Part shown: positions 33,423 through 44,798 of the stretch, one piece after another
Position numbering within the stretch: the stretch's first letter is position 1
Layout of the letters: every line of letters starts with the position of its first letter
Source: TPA_inf: Saccharomyces
Lineage: Eukaryota
Length of the DNA stretch: 64,000 nucleotides
Assembly (NCBI GenBank): GCA_000146045.2
Contig: BK006943.2
Span: 224,001 to 288,000 of the forward strand
Reading direction: 5' to 3'
Program-made: the position numbers and the translations under genes
The notes under the pieces: generated by a model
Databases searched by the model: none
What the model saw: the letters and a program-made list of their open reading frames with translations, nothing else
What the model was told of the DNA's origin: nothing

Positions 33423-36400
33423 ATGTCGTCGAACAATGATCTTTGGTTGCATTTAGTATCCCAGTTAAATACTCAACAGAGAGCAGCGGCCCTCTTTGAT
33501 TACACTAGAGGGCTGCAGGTCATTGCCGGTCCCGGCACAGGGAAGACTAAGGTTTTAACTTCAAGAGTAGCGTATCTTATTCTGCACCACCATATTCATC
33601 CCCGCGATATTATAGTGACTACTTTCACTAACAAAGCTGCTAACGAAATGAAAGAGCGTTTGCAAGAAATGTTACGCGGGGCAGGCGTGAATATTTCGGA
33701 GCTCTTAATTGGTACTTTTCATAGTATTTGCCTGAAAATACTTTATAGATTTGGCCACTTGGTGGATCTACAGAAAGACTGGAGAATTATTGATGAGAAG
33801 GAAATAGATGTCATTTTAGATGATATGATCGAAAAAGTTCCCGACCAAATAAGGGATTATGCTTCCTCAATCACAAGGAAAGTAAATCTTTGTATGCCGA
33901 GTAAAAATGGAGATGAATGGACTATTCATCCGAAGCTGATCAAGAAACAGATATCAAAGCTAAAATCAAACGCAATATTACCTGAGGAATACATCTTAGA
34001 TTCGAATCATGACGCCGCGCTTGGTTACTTTTACCAAATATACCAATCAGAGCTAAGCAAGAAAAATACGTTAGATTTTGATGACTTATTAATGTACACC
34101 TTTCGTTTGCTGACTAGAGTGCGTGTTTTATCCAACATAAAGCATGTTTTAGTTGACGAATTTCAAGATACTAACGGCATTCAATTGGACTTGATGTTTC
34201 TTTTTGCTAAGGGAAATCATCATCTTTCGAGGGGGATGACCATCGTAGGTGATCCTGATCAAAGCATATATGCTTTCAGAAACGCCTTAGCGCACAACTT
34301 TCTAGAAATGGGCAGAAAATGTCCCATCGAGTACTCAACTATCATACTTGTTGAAAATTATCGTTCATCACAAAAAATTCTAAATACAAGCGAAATTTTA
34401 ATAACGCAACAAAACAAAGGTCGGCAGAATAGGGCTCCACTCCGTGCCCAATTTGACCTGGATTTTCCACCAGTTTACATGAATTTCCCCGCTTACTTTT
34501 TGGAAGCACCTTCTTTAGTTCGGGAACTACTATATTTGAAGGCATTGCCAAACCTATTCACATTTAATGACTTTGCTATCCTAGTAAGACAACGAAGACA
34601 AATTAAAAGGATCGAAAGTGCATTAATAGAACATCGGATACCCTATAAAATTATTAGGGGCCACAGTTTCTGGGATTCCAAGGAAACAAGAGCGATGTTA
34701 AATTTATTAAAATTGATATTTTCTCCGAATGACAAACATGCAATTCTTGCTTCACTTTTATATCCAGCAAGGGGCCTTGGTCCTGCTACCGGTGAGAAGA
34801 TTAAGAACGCATTGGACACGTTAGCTACCGATGTGTCATGTTTCCAAATATTGAAAGACATAAGTAGTAAAAAAATAATGCTAGACATACCGACGAAAGG
34901 CCGTTCTGTGATTGCTGACTTCATTTCAATGATAGAAAATTGTCAATTGTTGCTCCAGAGCACTTTACTAGGGGGTCTTTCAGATTTATTTGATAAGCTA
35001 TATGAATTATCAGGTCTGAAATACGAATACTTGTACAAGGATGGTAAGAAAAAAAATGATCAGCTTGAAAAATCCGAACCTAATTTATTAAACGCAAGAC
35101 ATAAGAATATTGAACTTTTGAAAAACTATTTCCTGGCTCTTCTTTCCAAGTCAGAATCTTCAGATAAAGAAAAAAATGAAGCCATTAAAGCAGCAACAGA
35201 TGAAGCCGAACCAATAGAGAACAAGGTCATCACTCCAAAAGAATACCTCCGTAATTTCTTCAATTCACTTTCCCTTCATTCTGATGCAGCTGAGGAGGAA
35301 GAGTCGGAATCCAATAAAGATGCAAAAATAAAACGTGAGAAGAATGGGTTTGTCACGATATCTACAATTCACGGTGCCAAAGGTCTTGAGTGGCCGGTAG
35401 TTTTTATTCCTGGATGCGAAGAAGGTATAATTCCTTGTGTGTTCAACGATGATAAGAAAGACGAATCAGAGGAGGACGAAGAAGAAGATCAAGAAAATAG
35501 TAAGAAAGATGCAAGCCCAAAAAAGACTAGAGTTTTATCCGTGGAAGATTCTATAGATGAGGAAAGAAGAATGTTTTTTGTTGCACAGACTCGTGCAAAA
35601 TACCTGTTGTACCTATCAAATACTGTAACTGTGGAAGATGTCGATAGACCAAGAATTGCAAGCCGATTTTTGACTACTGACTTGATAAAAGCCATGTCCG
35701 ATAGCCAAAAATTATTTGAAAGTACGAATAGTATCAAAAAACTATACCGAATTTTGAACAAAAAGCCGCCTGCTGAAGATGATAAACTATTCTCCCTTGA
35801 CCAATTGCGCAAAGACTATAACCAATTCATTGAAAATAGGAGAGAAAGGATGATTTGGCAAGGGATACAAATGAATGATGTCTATGGAATACAGTTGTCT
35901 AGAAATAAATTATTGGGTTCTGTTAGTGATTTCACGTCAGCTGCGGACCAGTTACGACTCGAAACGCAAAACTCTATATTCCCACAGAAGAAACTTATTG
36001 AAAAATCACGCCCATCCAAAATCAATGGCAATTACGCTCCTAAAAGTAGAGTTAAAAGTCCAGAAAAAAGGTACGCTCCAGAAACTACATCATTCCATTC
36101 TCCTACAAAGAAAAAGGTGTATGCACCTCAATACGTTTCAACAACTAATGTACCTAGTAGGCAGGAGTTTCATTCTTCTACTGGGAAAAATATTCCTTTT
36201 CTGAGAAGAGAAGATAGGTCCATCACAGACATATCACCACGATCATCAACGAGGTCGTTAAAAGGAGCATCTCCAAATAAGACGAGCCACATGTCAGATG
36301 ATTTAATGAGACCATCACCTACGAGGAAGGACAAAGTTACTCGTAATATTCATTTCGCAACTGCAGGAACTTTCAGAATAGAAACCCAGTCAAATGTTGA

Positions 36401-36947
36401 TGAACTGCATCCTCCGGAATACTCCAATAAATCAGGGCAGTCGCTTACGTCGAGTGAATTTTCTGGGTTTTCTAGCGCGTGCAGTAATTCTGATCAGCCA
36501 ACGAACTTAATAGAAGATATAAACAACGAATTAGATCTATCCGATGAGGAGTTATTAAATGACATATCAATAGAAAGGAGGAGAGAGCTTTTGGGCTCGA
36601 AAAAGACGAAAAAAATAAAACCAAAAACTCGAAATAGAAAGTCTAAGAGAGGTGACAAGGTTAAGGTGGAGGAAGTGATAGATTTGAAGAGTGAATTTGA
36701 GGAAGATGACAGCAGAAATACAACAGCTGCTGAGTTATTACATAATCCGGATGACACTACAGTTGACAATCGTCCAATAATCTCCAATGCTAAGTTTTTG
36801 GCTGACGCAGCAATGAAAAAGACACAGAAATTTTCCAAAAAGGTGAAGAATGAACCTGCATCAAGTCAAATGGATATATTTTCTCAGCTGTCACGTGCGA
36901 AAAAAAAGTCAAAATTAAACAACGGTGAAATCATAGTCATCGATTAG
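33423..36947 (+). CDS. SRS2: UvrD/Rep-family 3'-5' DNA helicase, anti-recombinase, 1174 aa
   Basis: Walker A 'AGPGTGKTKVLTSRVAYL', helicase motif II 'LVDEFQDTN', and UvrD motifs throughout. 1174 aa. Confidence 0.92.
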   Translation: MSSNNDLWLHLVSQLNTQQRAAALFDYTRGLQVIAGPGTGKTKVLTSRVAYLILHHHIHPRDIIVTTFTNKAANEMKERLQEMLRGAGVNISELLIGTFHSICLKILYRFGHLVDLQKDWRIIDEKEIDVILDDMIEKVPDQIRDYASSITRKVNLCMPSKNGDEWTIHPKLIKKQISKLKSNAILPEEYILDSNHDAALGYFYQIYQSELSKKNTLDFDDLLMYTFRLLTRVRVLSNIKHVLVDEFQDTNGIQLDLMFLFAKGNHHLSRGMTIVGDPDQSIYAFRNALAHNFLEMGRKCPIEYSTIILVENYRSSQKILNTSEILITQQNKGRQNRAPLRAQFDLDFPPVYMNFPAYFLEAPSLVRELLYLKALPNLFTFNDFAILVRQRRQIKRIESALIEHRIPYKIIRGHSFWDSKETRAMLNLLKLIFSPNDKHAILASLLYPARGLGPATGEKIKNALDTLATDVSCFQILKDISSKKIMLDIPTKGRSVIADFISMIENCQLLLQSTLLGGLSDLFDKLYELSGLKYEYLYKDGKKKNDQLEKSEPNLLNARHKNIELLKNYFLALLSKSESSDKEKNEAIKAATDEAEPIENKVITPKEYLRNFFNSLSLHSDAAEEEESESNKDAKIKREKNGFVTISTIHGAKGLEWPVVFIPGCEEGIIPCVFNDDKKDESEEDEEEDQENSKKDASPKKTRVLSVEDSIDEERRMFFVAQTRAKYLLYLSNTVTVEDVDRPRIASRFLTTDLIKAMSDSQKLFESTNSIKKLYRILNKKPPAEDDKLFSLDQLRKDYNQFIENRRERMIWQGIQMNDVYGIQLSRNKLLGSVSDFTSAADQLRLETQNSIFPQKKLIEKSRPSKINGNYAPKSRVKSPEKRYAPETTSFHSPTKKKVYAPQYVSTTNVPSRQEFHSSTGKNIPFLRREDRSITDISPRSSTRSLKGASPNKTSHMSDDLMRPSPTRKDKVTRNIHFATAGTFRIETQSNVDELHPPEYSNKSGQSLTSSEFSGFSSACSNSDQPTNLIEDINNELDLSDEELLNDISIERRRELLGSKKTKKIKPKTRNRKSKRGDKVKVEEVIDLKSEFEEDDSRNTTAAELLHNPDDTTVDNRPIISNAKFLADAAMKKTQKFSKKVKNEPASSQMDIFSQLSRAKKKSKLNNGEIIVID

Positions 36948-37079
36948 TAGCACTTTCATGCCTGACTACGTCAACTATTGGAGGCGGTTTATAATTTTTA
37001 TTTAAAGCACATAGGAGTTAATTTTATTTTACTGGTAGGGTTTGTATACGAACTACATGGAAATGTGGATGGTGTGTTA

Positions 37080-38552
37080 TTATAGCTTAATGAATATTCT
37101 TTTTCTATACAAGAAAACCGATATGACAGCTATGAATGAGCAGTATGCCAACAAAACCAGGAATGATTTTAAGGGTGAAGAATCTATCGTGACCATAGAC
37201 ATATTGACTAAACCAGTAGAGACATTTGCCAACAAAAATAAAAACAACCCATTGGAGTTGATTGATTCCAAGCATTCGGCAACTTTATAATATTCCGAAG
37301 AATTACCGAAAATTTTGTCAGTCAAGCAGTACCCAGTCAAAAATAGTAAATTATAAGTAATGACCCACAAAGTATATGGTAAGTTAGCAAACCTTCTTGA
37401 AACACTATAAGGATGGTATTGAAAAACCAACTGGCTGATAACAAGAAAAATTGTACTCCATATACAGAGGCCACTTAATGGGGTTACTGAAGTCCAATAG
37501 TCCCAAGTCGAAGACTTCTTTGATGCTGCAACTACGTCTTGCGTAGAAGGCTTATAAAGATTGTTTAAAGTTGGTTTATTTCCCAACAAGTAAAATCCCG
37601 TGTTTTGGCCCCAAAGAAAAATCGAGCAATAACCTAGAAATGAGAAGATGCCTTCTCTATTAGCACTGAAGAAACAATTTCTATCAGCCAAAATTAAAAA
37701 GTTTAAAGTGCGATCGTCCTTTAAAAGTAGCCATTCATAAATGCATGAAATGAATATTGCAATTGAGCAGCGTGGAACCATTCTTGTGACGGGATCAATA
37801 AAGGTCAATACAAGTGGCAACAATGATAGGGTGATAAAAAAATTCCAATGAACCCCATATTCTGTGACATGTTCTTGATATTCCAAATTTTTTACAAAAA
37901 ACAACCTCAGCAATCCTAGGAACAATAGAGTTCCTCCTGATTTTAAGGCATTAAATGCATTTTTTAAGAAGCTGGGTTTACTCTTCAAGCTTAGGTTTTT
38001 CAACAGTGCCCTAGAAGAAACAATACCGTTACTGAAAACGAATGATCCTACACCAAGATCCATCAGGGATGTCCCCCAAGTTTCCACCTTGGCAAACCTC
38101 CTTGGGAAAATTGGAAAATCTACAGCCAAGATGGCAATAGCAGTCAGAATAAGCATCCCACCACGATACGCAGTAATATACGGCTTTTTTTCTAGTTGGA
38201 ACCGCTGTGTAATCATTTTTTTTTTATTGTATATTGGATTAGAAGGTTTACTCGAGCTAGTAAATTTTCCATATATGAATGCGAGCAAACAAGGTAACAG
38301 TATTAGCGTGTTTAGAAGGTATGGTTCACTAGCATAAATAGTAATAGATAGAAGCAAAGCAACCCAGTTCAATGCAAAATCAATTATGTATTGCACGCTG
38401 GAAATGCCAGGAGGCATAAGGTTGGAATTTTTCAATAAGTTCCATGATATGTAAGTTACCAAAGCAATTGATGTCACTGCGTTAATTTCTGTTATAGAAC
38501 CGCCATTGAGCCCTGTCACAAAGTCCTCTTTTCTCTGTTTTAAAGTCGACAT
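37080..38552 (-). CDS. GWT1: GPI-anchor biosynthesis inositol acyltransferase (GlcN-PI acyltransferase), 490 aa
   Basis: ORF track 37080..38576. The 490-aa product starts at Met9 ('MSTLKQRKEDFVTGLNGGSITEINAV'). Polytopic membrane protein. Confidence 0.88.
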   Translation of the reverse strand: MSTLKQRKEDFVTGLNGGSITEINAVTSIALVTYISWNLLKNSNLMPPGISSVQYIIDFALNWVALLLSITIYASEPYLLNTLILLPCLLAFIYGKFTSSSKPSNPIYNKKKMITQRFQLEKKPYITAYRGGMLILTAIAILAVDFPIFPRRFAKVETWGTSLMDLGVGSFVFSNGIVSSRALLKNLSLKSKPSFLKNAFNALKSGGTLLFLGLLRLFFVKNLEYQEHVTEYGVHWNFFITLSLLPLVLTFIDPVTRMVPRCSIAIFISCIYEWLLLKDDRTLNFLILADRNCFFSANREGIFSFLGYCSIFLWGQNTGFYLLGNKPTLNNLYKPSTQDVVAASKKSSTWDYWTSVTPLSGLCIWSTIFLVISQLVFQYHPYSVSRRFANLPYTLWVITYNLLFLTGYCLTDKIFGNSSEYYKVAECLESINSNGLFLFLLANVSTGLVNMSMVTIDSSPLKSFLVLLAYCSFIAVISVFLYRKRIFIKL

Positions 38553-38756
38553 ATTCTTCTGATGTACTGTTGCCATTTATTTAGATATTTACGTGTCTTC
38601 TTATTGCGATCCTCTTTTTCTCATGCTGTTTTTTCACGCGAGCATGTCATGGAAAGTATTATCATACAAAACGGTAATACATATAGATGAGTAGATTTGA
38701 ATAATGCTGTAGATGGCGTATGTAAATGAATATCTTATAAAATTACGGACTACATT

Positions 38757-41051
38757 TCAAGAATCTAATTCCTTTGTCTGATTTCTTGTCTGTCGTCTCA
38801 TAGGTTTTTCTAAAGAGGCAGTACGTTTCTTATCTTGAATGGAGCCATAGGTAACTTGAGTATGTGAAACTTCCTCAGTTCTTGGGATCTCTTCTGGATT
38901 AGAAATTGCAGTCGGCTGCTCTGTAGGCACATTTTCTGACATTATTGTGCCCCAACTCGTGGTTCGTTTAATTTGTTTAGGAACGAAATTTTTTGGCAGT
39001 GACTCCAACTTGATCCTTTTCGTATCCGGCATTTGTCTCTCTGAAGAAACATCCATGATACTCGATGAGACACTACGCTTTTTTCTTCCAGAATCAGTTT
39101 CTCTAATTTTCTGCAATAATTCGTTTTTGGTATCTTTCATAGAGTGCTCCGATAATGAGGAATTGTTTCTTTTCAAAAGAATAGTTTTGTCGATTTTTGG
39201 ATCATTGTTTTGGTACTTTTTTTCTGAACTAATGCTGGTATAGTATGGTTTTTTTATCTTACATTTAAAATCGTCCTTGTGTCCTCTTGGGCAGATAATA
39301 CACCACTTGATATTGTTTAAAAAGATTTCATTATTTTCTCCAGATGCAGCGGACAATAATTTAAAAATAAATGCTGGAGTAACTACCGGTATGGAGTGGA
39401 ATTTCTTGATATATTCAATTTTCCTTTTCATCGAATTTCTCAAGATTGAATTATTTTGAAAATCTTTTCTGTTATTATCACCAGGATCATCATTATTGTT
39501 ATTAATGCAAAACTGAGTAAAAAGATCGCTAAATTCATTCGACCATAACGGATGGGTTTTCGGGATACTGGGTAAAGCTGCTAAGTTGATTAGCAGAATG
39601 TCAGTGGATTTATTGAGGTATTCTACATAATTGATGCCCATTGGTTTTAGAAGATTTAATACTTTAGTCAGATGTAACAGCTCTACGCCAGAGAATCCAG
39701 TGATAGTAACATTCAGAAAAGGGGAAGAAGAAAATTCATGATGCAATAACTTTGAAGAAGACGAAACTTGAAACTCTATTGTGCTGAGGAAGGGTTTTGA
39801 CCATAAATCTATTGGGTGTAGTAATTTTTGATAATACAAGCAGCGTTCAATGAAAAATTCTGTAACTATACCATCATTATCATCTATAATCTCAGGTAAA
39901 TCATTGAAGGAGTCAAGAGCTTTATTACTTGGAATGATGTAATAAGAATGATCGTAAATGCCGCTCAAGTAAGACGTCTCAATTTTACCCCCATTTTGAA
40001 CAACAATTTTGGTTAGTATTGAACGGTGATTGCCAGGAAAAATATGATGAATGATAAACGCACAATTTTTGAAAATCAAAGTACTATTATCACTTAAATC
40101 TTCTTGTTTGTTATTTATCGATAATGGTGACTGCCCTAGTACTGAAAAATTTGTCTTACTATGCTGCTGTAGAGACATTGCCTTGTCCCATATTTTTTCA
40201 CCCTTTGGTTTAAATTTATTCAAGAGGGATGATGTTTTCGGGAGCGAAGGAGTCAGGGTACTGGAGGATTGCTGCCGCTGCAGAGAGGATTGGGCATCGA
40301 TATTGGTTGGAAAGGTGGTGTTTATTTTATCCCAGCAATCGCAAGAGTTTGATCCGATTGAATCATAGGGCAGGTCTTTAATATTTGGTAAAAGATAATA
40401 GGGATCGTACGGTAACAGTGCGCTTCTTTTTTGGCAATCGAGAATCCATTTGAAATGTACAATAGGTATATTTTGTTCAATAGCAGCGTTAACTCTTGCT
40501 CCTAGTAAAGTATCCGTAACAAAAATGGATATCTGCCCATTCTGACCTTGATCATCGTCATCATTGTGTGAAGAGGTATCTTTGATTACAAAGTTTTGAT
40601 AGTTATAACTAGAACACCCTAACTTTTTAATACTCCTAACCAATGAATCGATGGAAGTTATGTTAGTGTCGGTTATTCTGCCAATGAAGATATTGAAGTT
40701 ATGCAAATATTTAAACGAAAATCGCCGGTAAAGTATCTTCAGCATCTCATAGGTGGATCCTGTCATTGTTGCCGTATTAGAGTCCGGCAATATATTTTCT
40801 CCAGACAGCCAGAGCTGATAAATGTCATCAATGGCTTGAATGTCAATAAATATGATATCGAATCTATGCTTCACCGCAAATTTAAATTTGTTTGTATTGG
40901 TGGTGGACCCAACAACAAGGACATTAACTTGTCTGGTCAAATCTTTAGAAAATATACCTCCTAACTTAATAATTTTCTTTGATATTTTTTTAGCTAAGAT
41001 TTCATTATTTATTGCAGTCGGACAAAATGTTATTCCTTGAAAGGGCTTCAT
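38757..41051 (-). CDS. DPB11: BRCT-repeat replication initiation / S-phase checkpoint protein (TopBP1 orthologue), 764 aa
   Basis: 764 aa. The start 'MKPFQGITFCPTAINNEILAKKISKKIIKLGGIFSKDLTRQVNVLVVGS' and two BRCT pairs match Dpb11. Confidence 0.88.
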   Translation of the reverse strand: MKPFQGITFCPTAINNEILAKKISKKIIKLGGIFSKDLTRQVNVLVVGSTTNTNKFKFAVKHRFDIIFIDIQAIDDIYQLWLSGENILPDSNTATMTGSTYEMLKILYRRFSFKYLHNFNIFIGRITDTNITSIDSLVRSIKKLGCSSYNYQNFVIKDTSSHNDDDDQGQNGQISIFVTDTLLGARVNAAIEQNIPIVHFKWILDCQKRSALLPYDPYYLLPNIKDLPYDSIGSNSCDCWDKINTTFPTNIDAQSSLQRQQSSSTLTPSLPKTSSLLNKFKPKGEKIWDKAMSLQQHSKTNFSVLGQSPLSINNKQEDLSDNSTLIFKNCAFIIHHIFPGNHRSILTKIVVQNGGKIETSYLSGIYDHSYYIIPSNKALDSFNDLPEIIDDNDGIVTEFFIERCLYYQKLLHPIDLWSKPFLSTIEFQVSSSSKLLHHEFSSSPFLNVTITGFSGVELLHLTKVLNLLKPMGINYVEYLNKSTDILLINLAALPSIPKTHPLWSNEFSDLFTQFCINNNNDDPGDNNRKDFQNNSILRNSMKRKIEYIKKFHSIPVVTPAFIFKLLSAASGENNEIFLNNIKWCIICPRGHKDDFKCKIKKPYYTSISSEKKYQNNDPKIDKTILLKRNNSSLSEHSMKDTKNELLQKIRETDSGRKKRSVSSSIMDVSSERQMPDTKRIKLESLPKNFVPKQIKRTTSWGTIMSENVPTEQPTAISNPEEIPRTEEVSHTQVTYGSIQDKKRTASLEKPMRRQTRNQTKELDS

Positions 41052-41196
41052 AGTAATATTAATGCTACTGATAAAATACCTGCCATACTAGAAATAGAAG
41101 ACTTATATATCACGTAAAATTTGTCTCTTCTTATTCATCATGTACATAAAACAGTACAAACATTACCAATAGTACTATATAGCTTTACCAGGCAAT

Positions 41197-41202
41197 ACGC
41201 GA
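41197..41202. promoter_or_regulatory. MCB-like element (ACGCGA) about 146 bp upstream of the DPB11 ATG
   Basis: ACGCGN core seen in sequence. DPB11 is a G1/S-expressed gene. Confidence 0.35.
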
Positions 41203-41718
41203 ATAGTCCATGCAGTTTTTCTTCTCTTATACTGATGAGGGTAAGTTTTGCATTTGATCACCGCCGTATGCGAAGCGGAAAGAGCAAATGCGTTGAAAGA
41301 AACCTGGCGACAATAGGAACCACGAGTTCAAGCTAATAATGATACCTCAATGATTATGCCCAGATTACGTTATGTGACTAAAGTAGAAAGGTGAATAAAT
41401 ATAAGTAACGAAACAAGGTTACATGGACTCTTCAATTAAAGAAGGAAAAGGAAGGATTCTTTTGCAGGCAGAAAACATTGAAGTTATATCGCAACAATAA
41501 CGATGTAGTTATTATGACCTCATAATATGAGAACTTTTTCCTCAAGTATTTTTAAGTTATTCTGTGTGTCATGACTCTCACTTCGTCATATTTTATGTTA
41601 GTGCACAAAATGCGAGGTGTGGGTGCAATCAAGACTCCGATCCATTTTCGCCGTTCGACCGGTGTTTTGGCGGCTAAATTTAAGGGCGTGATCTCAGAAC
41701 TCGGCGGCAAAAAAAAAA

Positions 41719-41726
41719 GTATATAA
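41719..41726 (+). promoter_or_regulatory. TATA box (TATATAAG) about 200 bp upstream of the SIP4 ATG
   Basis: Consensus TATA seen. It is followed by CT-rich leader repeats and a long dT tract at 41870-41893. Confidence 0.4.
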
Positions 41727-41925
41727 GGCAGAAAGCTTTCTGCCTCTCCGATTTCCTCTCCTTTGTTTTCTTTTCCGCTTCAATTTACAATCTAGTTCAG
41801 CGGCTAATCCTCTTTACCATTGTTTTCCGTTTATCCTTTGCTCATTCTCCTTTGCTCGATTTCTTTTGCTCGTTTTTTTTTTTTTTTTTTGCTTCTTTTT
41901 TTCTTCTCGCTACTCTGAATAGACG

Positions 41926-44415
41926 ATGGCCAAGAGGAAATATGGCAGGTCTTATTCCCTCGATGATACAGATTCCTGCAGCAATAAAGTCCTGATAGTA
42001 CCAACCGGTCAAAGCTCCTCTAACGCAATCACTGATTTCTCTGTCAGAAAGGCGCATGCTTGCGATAGATGCAGACTGAAAAAAATCAAGTGTGACGGTT
42101 TAAAACCGAACTGTTCAAACTGTGCGAAAATTGACTTCCCTTGCAAAACCTCGGATAAACTGTCGAGGAGAGGTCTTCCAAAGGGGTATACAGAACTACT
42201 AGAAAAAGAGGTCGTCCGTTTGACAAATATGAATGCGAGTTCCAGCGCCAATGCAAATTCTAATTTGCCGTTCATTAATGATACATTTTATTGTTTTGAT
42301 AATTACAACACTCAGTCTGAAAATCAAAGGTTTTTGGGACATTTGACATGGAATATTCTAACTAATACTTTTCCTACTCAAAAAGCAGTAGTTTTTACAG
42401 ACGATCGAAATAATATTGATCTACAACTGCAACTGTTAACAAATTTTTTGAACCTGAATGGTGACTTTAATCATCTCCCAAATTTTCTTTTACTTAAATA
42501 TGATTATAACCTTCAGTTTTTGAAAAATTTGTTGTCTGTCATTATTAAAGATTTTTTTAAAAGGCAAAATTCTTTGCTACTTCTATTATACCCTACAAAT
42601 TTATGGAAAAATTTGCTATTAGACAAGATTAATTCAACCGCAATGACAGGTGAACCCATAACTCTACTGGCGTTACTTTATATTATTCAATTTACTTGGT
42701 CTTGTTTTGATGATTTCAAGCTTTTTAAAGTCACGAAGCTTATTGTTTCTCTGACAACAAACAGCAAATTAGACTTGAAAGTTTTGCAATTGGTTAACTT
42801 ATCCATCTTTTATTTTATGGGCGCCTCTGTTGACTCTTGTAAAAGTAAAAGCTCGTTAACAGAACATTCAAATGTAAATTCAGTAATATGGACCAATGAT
42901 TTGCTAAACCTAAACTTTACAAATATTTTGAATATGGGATTGTACATAAATCCCAAAAATTTAATTCCTATATCAGGCAACAATAATAATAATAAATCTA
43001 ATGAAGAGGATGATAGAATAGTGACATTTTGGTGCTTTCAATTCTTAAGCTCATGGTGGTCCTTAATTCAAGGTTTACCAAAGTCCAACTTTTTAACTGA
43101 AGAATTTCAACCGAAATCAATCTCGGTTCTAGAAATCCCCAGGCTGAAGCCCTTTGAAATTTTGTTAAACTTCATCATATATTCTTTGGATGGATGTAAT
43201 TTGTTGAATATCTCATCTTTAAATGTTTCGGACCCAAATTTCCAATTTTTCCAGAATGAACTGGAAAGCTTTAAAAAAAATTTATTACTGTGGAACCTTT
43301 ATCACAATTTGAGTGATCACGATAACTTCCGATTCTTAACATCCAGTTCAAATAAAAAACTAACAACAAATTTACTACTTAAGAATTTGACGGGTCTAAA
43401 TCACAAACTCAATCAACCTGATTTTGTGGAGATTCAATTAACTTTATTTTACTTGAGTTTAAAATTAATGACTTTAAAGGAAGGGGACCAAGATTTGAAG
43501 AAAGAGGATATCTCGTTAGAGATATTGTCCCTATATTTTTTAATTCTTACAGATGACTCTAATAATGATGATAATCAACAGTTACAACCACAGCAACTAA
43601 ATCTCTACCATTTTACGCCCTTCAATAGTATTGACATTATTGACTTATGTTTAAACAATTTAAACAATTGGTCATTATCACTTAAATACGAAAGTGGTCA
43701 AAACCAGCCCCACTCAAGTAAAATAAAGTTTGAAAAATTTCAAAACTTTTTAAATCACTGGTGTCCAATATGGTACTATGATGAATTTTCCACAAACCCT
43801 TTTTTACAAATCCTCAAAATCAATTTCAAATTACTTCCTTTTGAGACAATCCATTACTCACAAGAAGAGCAACGATTGTTAATAAGTTTGAATAAATTGA
43901 GATATTTGGATGCCGTATCGAGCTTTAATTCAAGTTCAGTCAAGTCGAATTTCGCGTCTAAGGTCAATACCCAGCTAAACCTTTTGCAACACTCGAGTTC
44001 TAACTCCAATTTCCTAGATGCGTCACCATACGATTTTAATAAAATTTTTATGAACAACTTTGAAAACTATGACTACGAAACAGATGAAGGATATGCGGAA
44101 GATGATGATGAAGAGGATAGTGACAGTGACAATAGCTTACCACTAGAAATTCCTTTTAAAAAAAGTAAAAATAAATGCAAGAATAGGAATAAAGAGCTTT
44201 CACAAAGGTTATCCCTATTTGAAAACAGAGATAGCAATTCGGTAGATTTCAACACAGATACAAATTTAAATTTAAACCCTGATTCGCCATCAGTTACGTC
44301 TTCTAAGAAAAAATATTTAGATCATATTATTTTAGATAACCGAGACATCGTTAGCAACCATGACTCCAGTAAACAAAAATTCAAGATCCAGAATATTTTG
44401 AACTCGACCTTCTAA
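41926..44415 (+). CDS. SIP4: Zn2Cys6 transcription activator of CSRE/gluconeogenic genes (Snf1-interacting), 829 aa
   Basis: Zn2Cys6 motif '[29 protein letters not shown]' near the N-terminus, and an acidic C-terminus. 829 aa. Confidence 0.9.
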
Positions 44416-44484
44416 CATTACGCTCCTTCGTATTACTCATTCAGCTCTTCCTCTGATAGCAGTGAATTTTCGAGGGTCACGTCG

Positions 44485-44491
44485 TGACTCA
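44485..44491. promoter_or_regulatory. Gcn4 response element (TGACTCA) in the ARG3 upstream region
   Basis: Perfect TGACTCA about 310 bp upstream of the ARG3 ATG. ARG3 is under general amino-acid control. Confidence 0.55.
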
Positions 44492-44673
44492 TATGCTTTC
44501 TTGTTCCGTTTCGTTTCGAGATGACAAAAAACTGGTCATTTTTTCCGTTAAGTGCAACTCACAGCAGTATCGGCCGCTGAGAAATGCCCGGACAAATTTT
44601 TTTGAGCCGGATTGGTCACCGTTTCTTTCTTCGGCGCGGCTTCCCATTCCCGTCCATCCAAAAAAATCTACCT

Positions 44674-44681
44674 ATATAAAT
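44674..44681 (+). promoter_or_regulatory. TATA box (TATATAAA) of ARG3
   Basis: Consensus TATA about 120 bp upstream of the ATG. It is followed by a dT tract of about 23 nt at 44745-44767. Confidence 0.5.
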
Positions 44682-44798
44682 CGACTTTTCACCTCTAAAG
44701 GCAGTTTATTCCTTGTATGTCCTTTAAGTACAGTTAATAACGAGCAATTTTTTTTTTTTTTTTTAGCCATCTACCCATCAACTTGTACACTCGTTACC

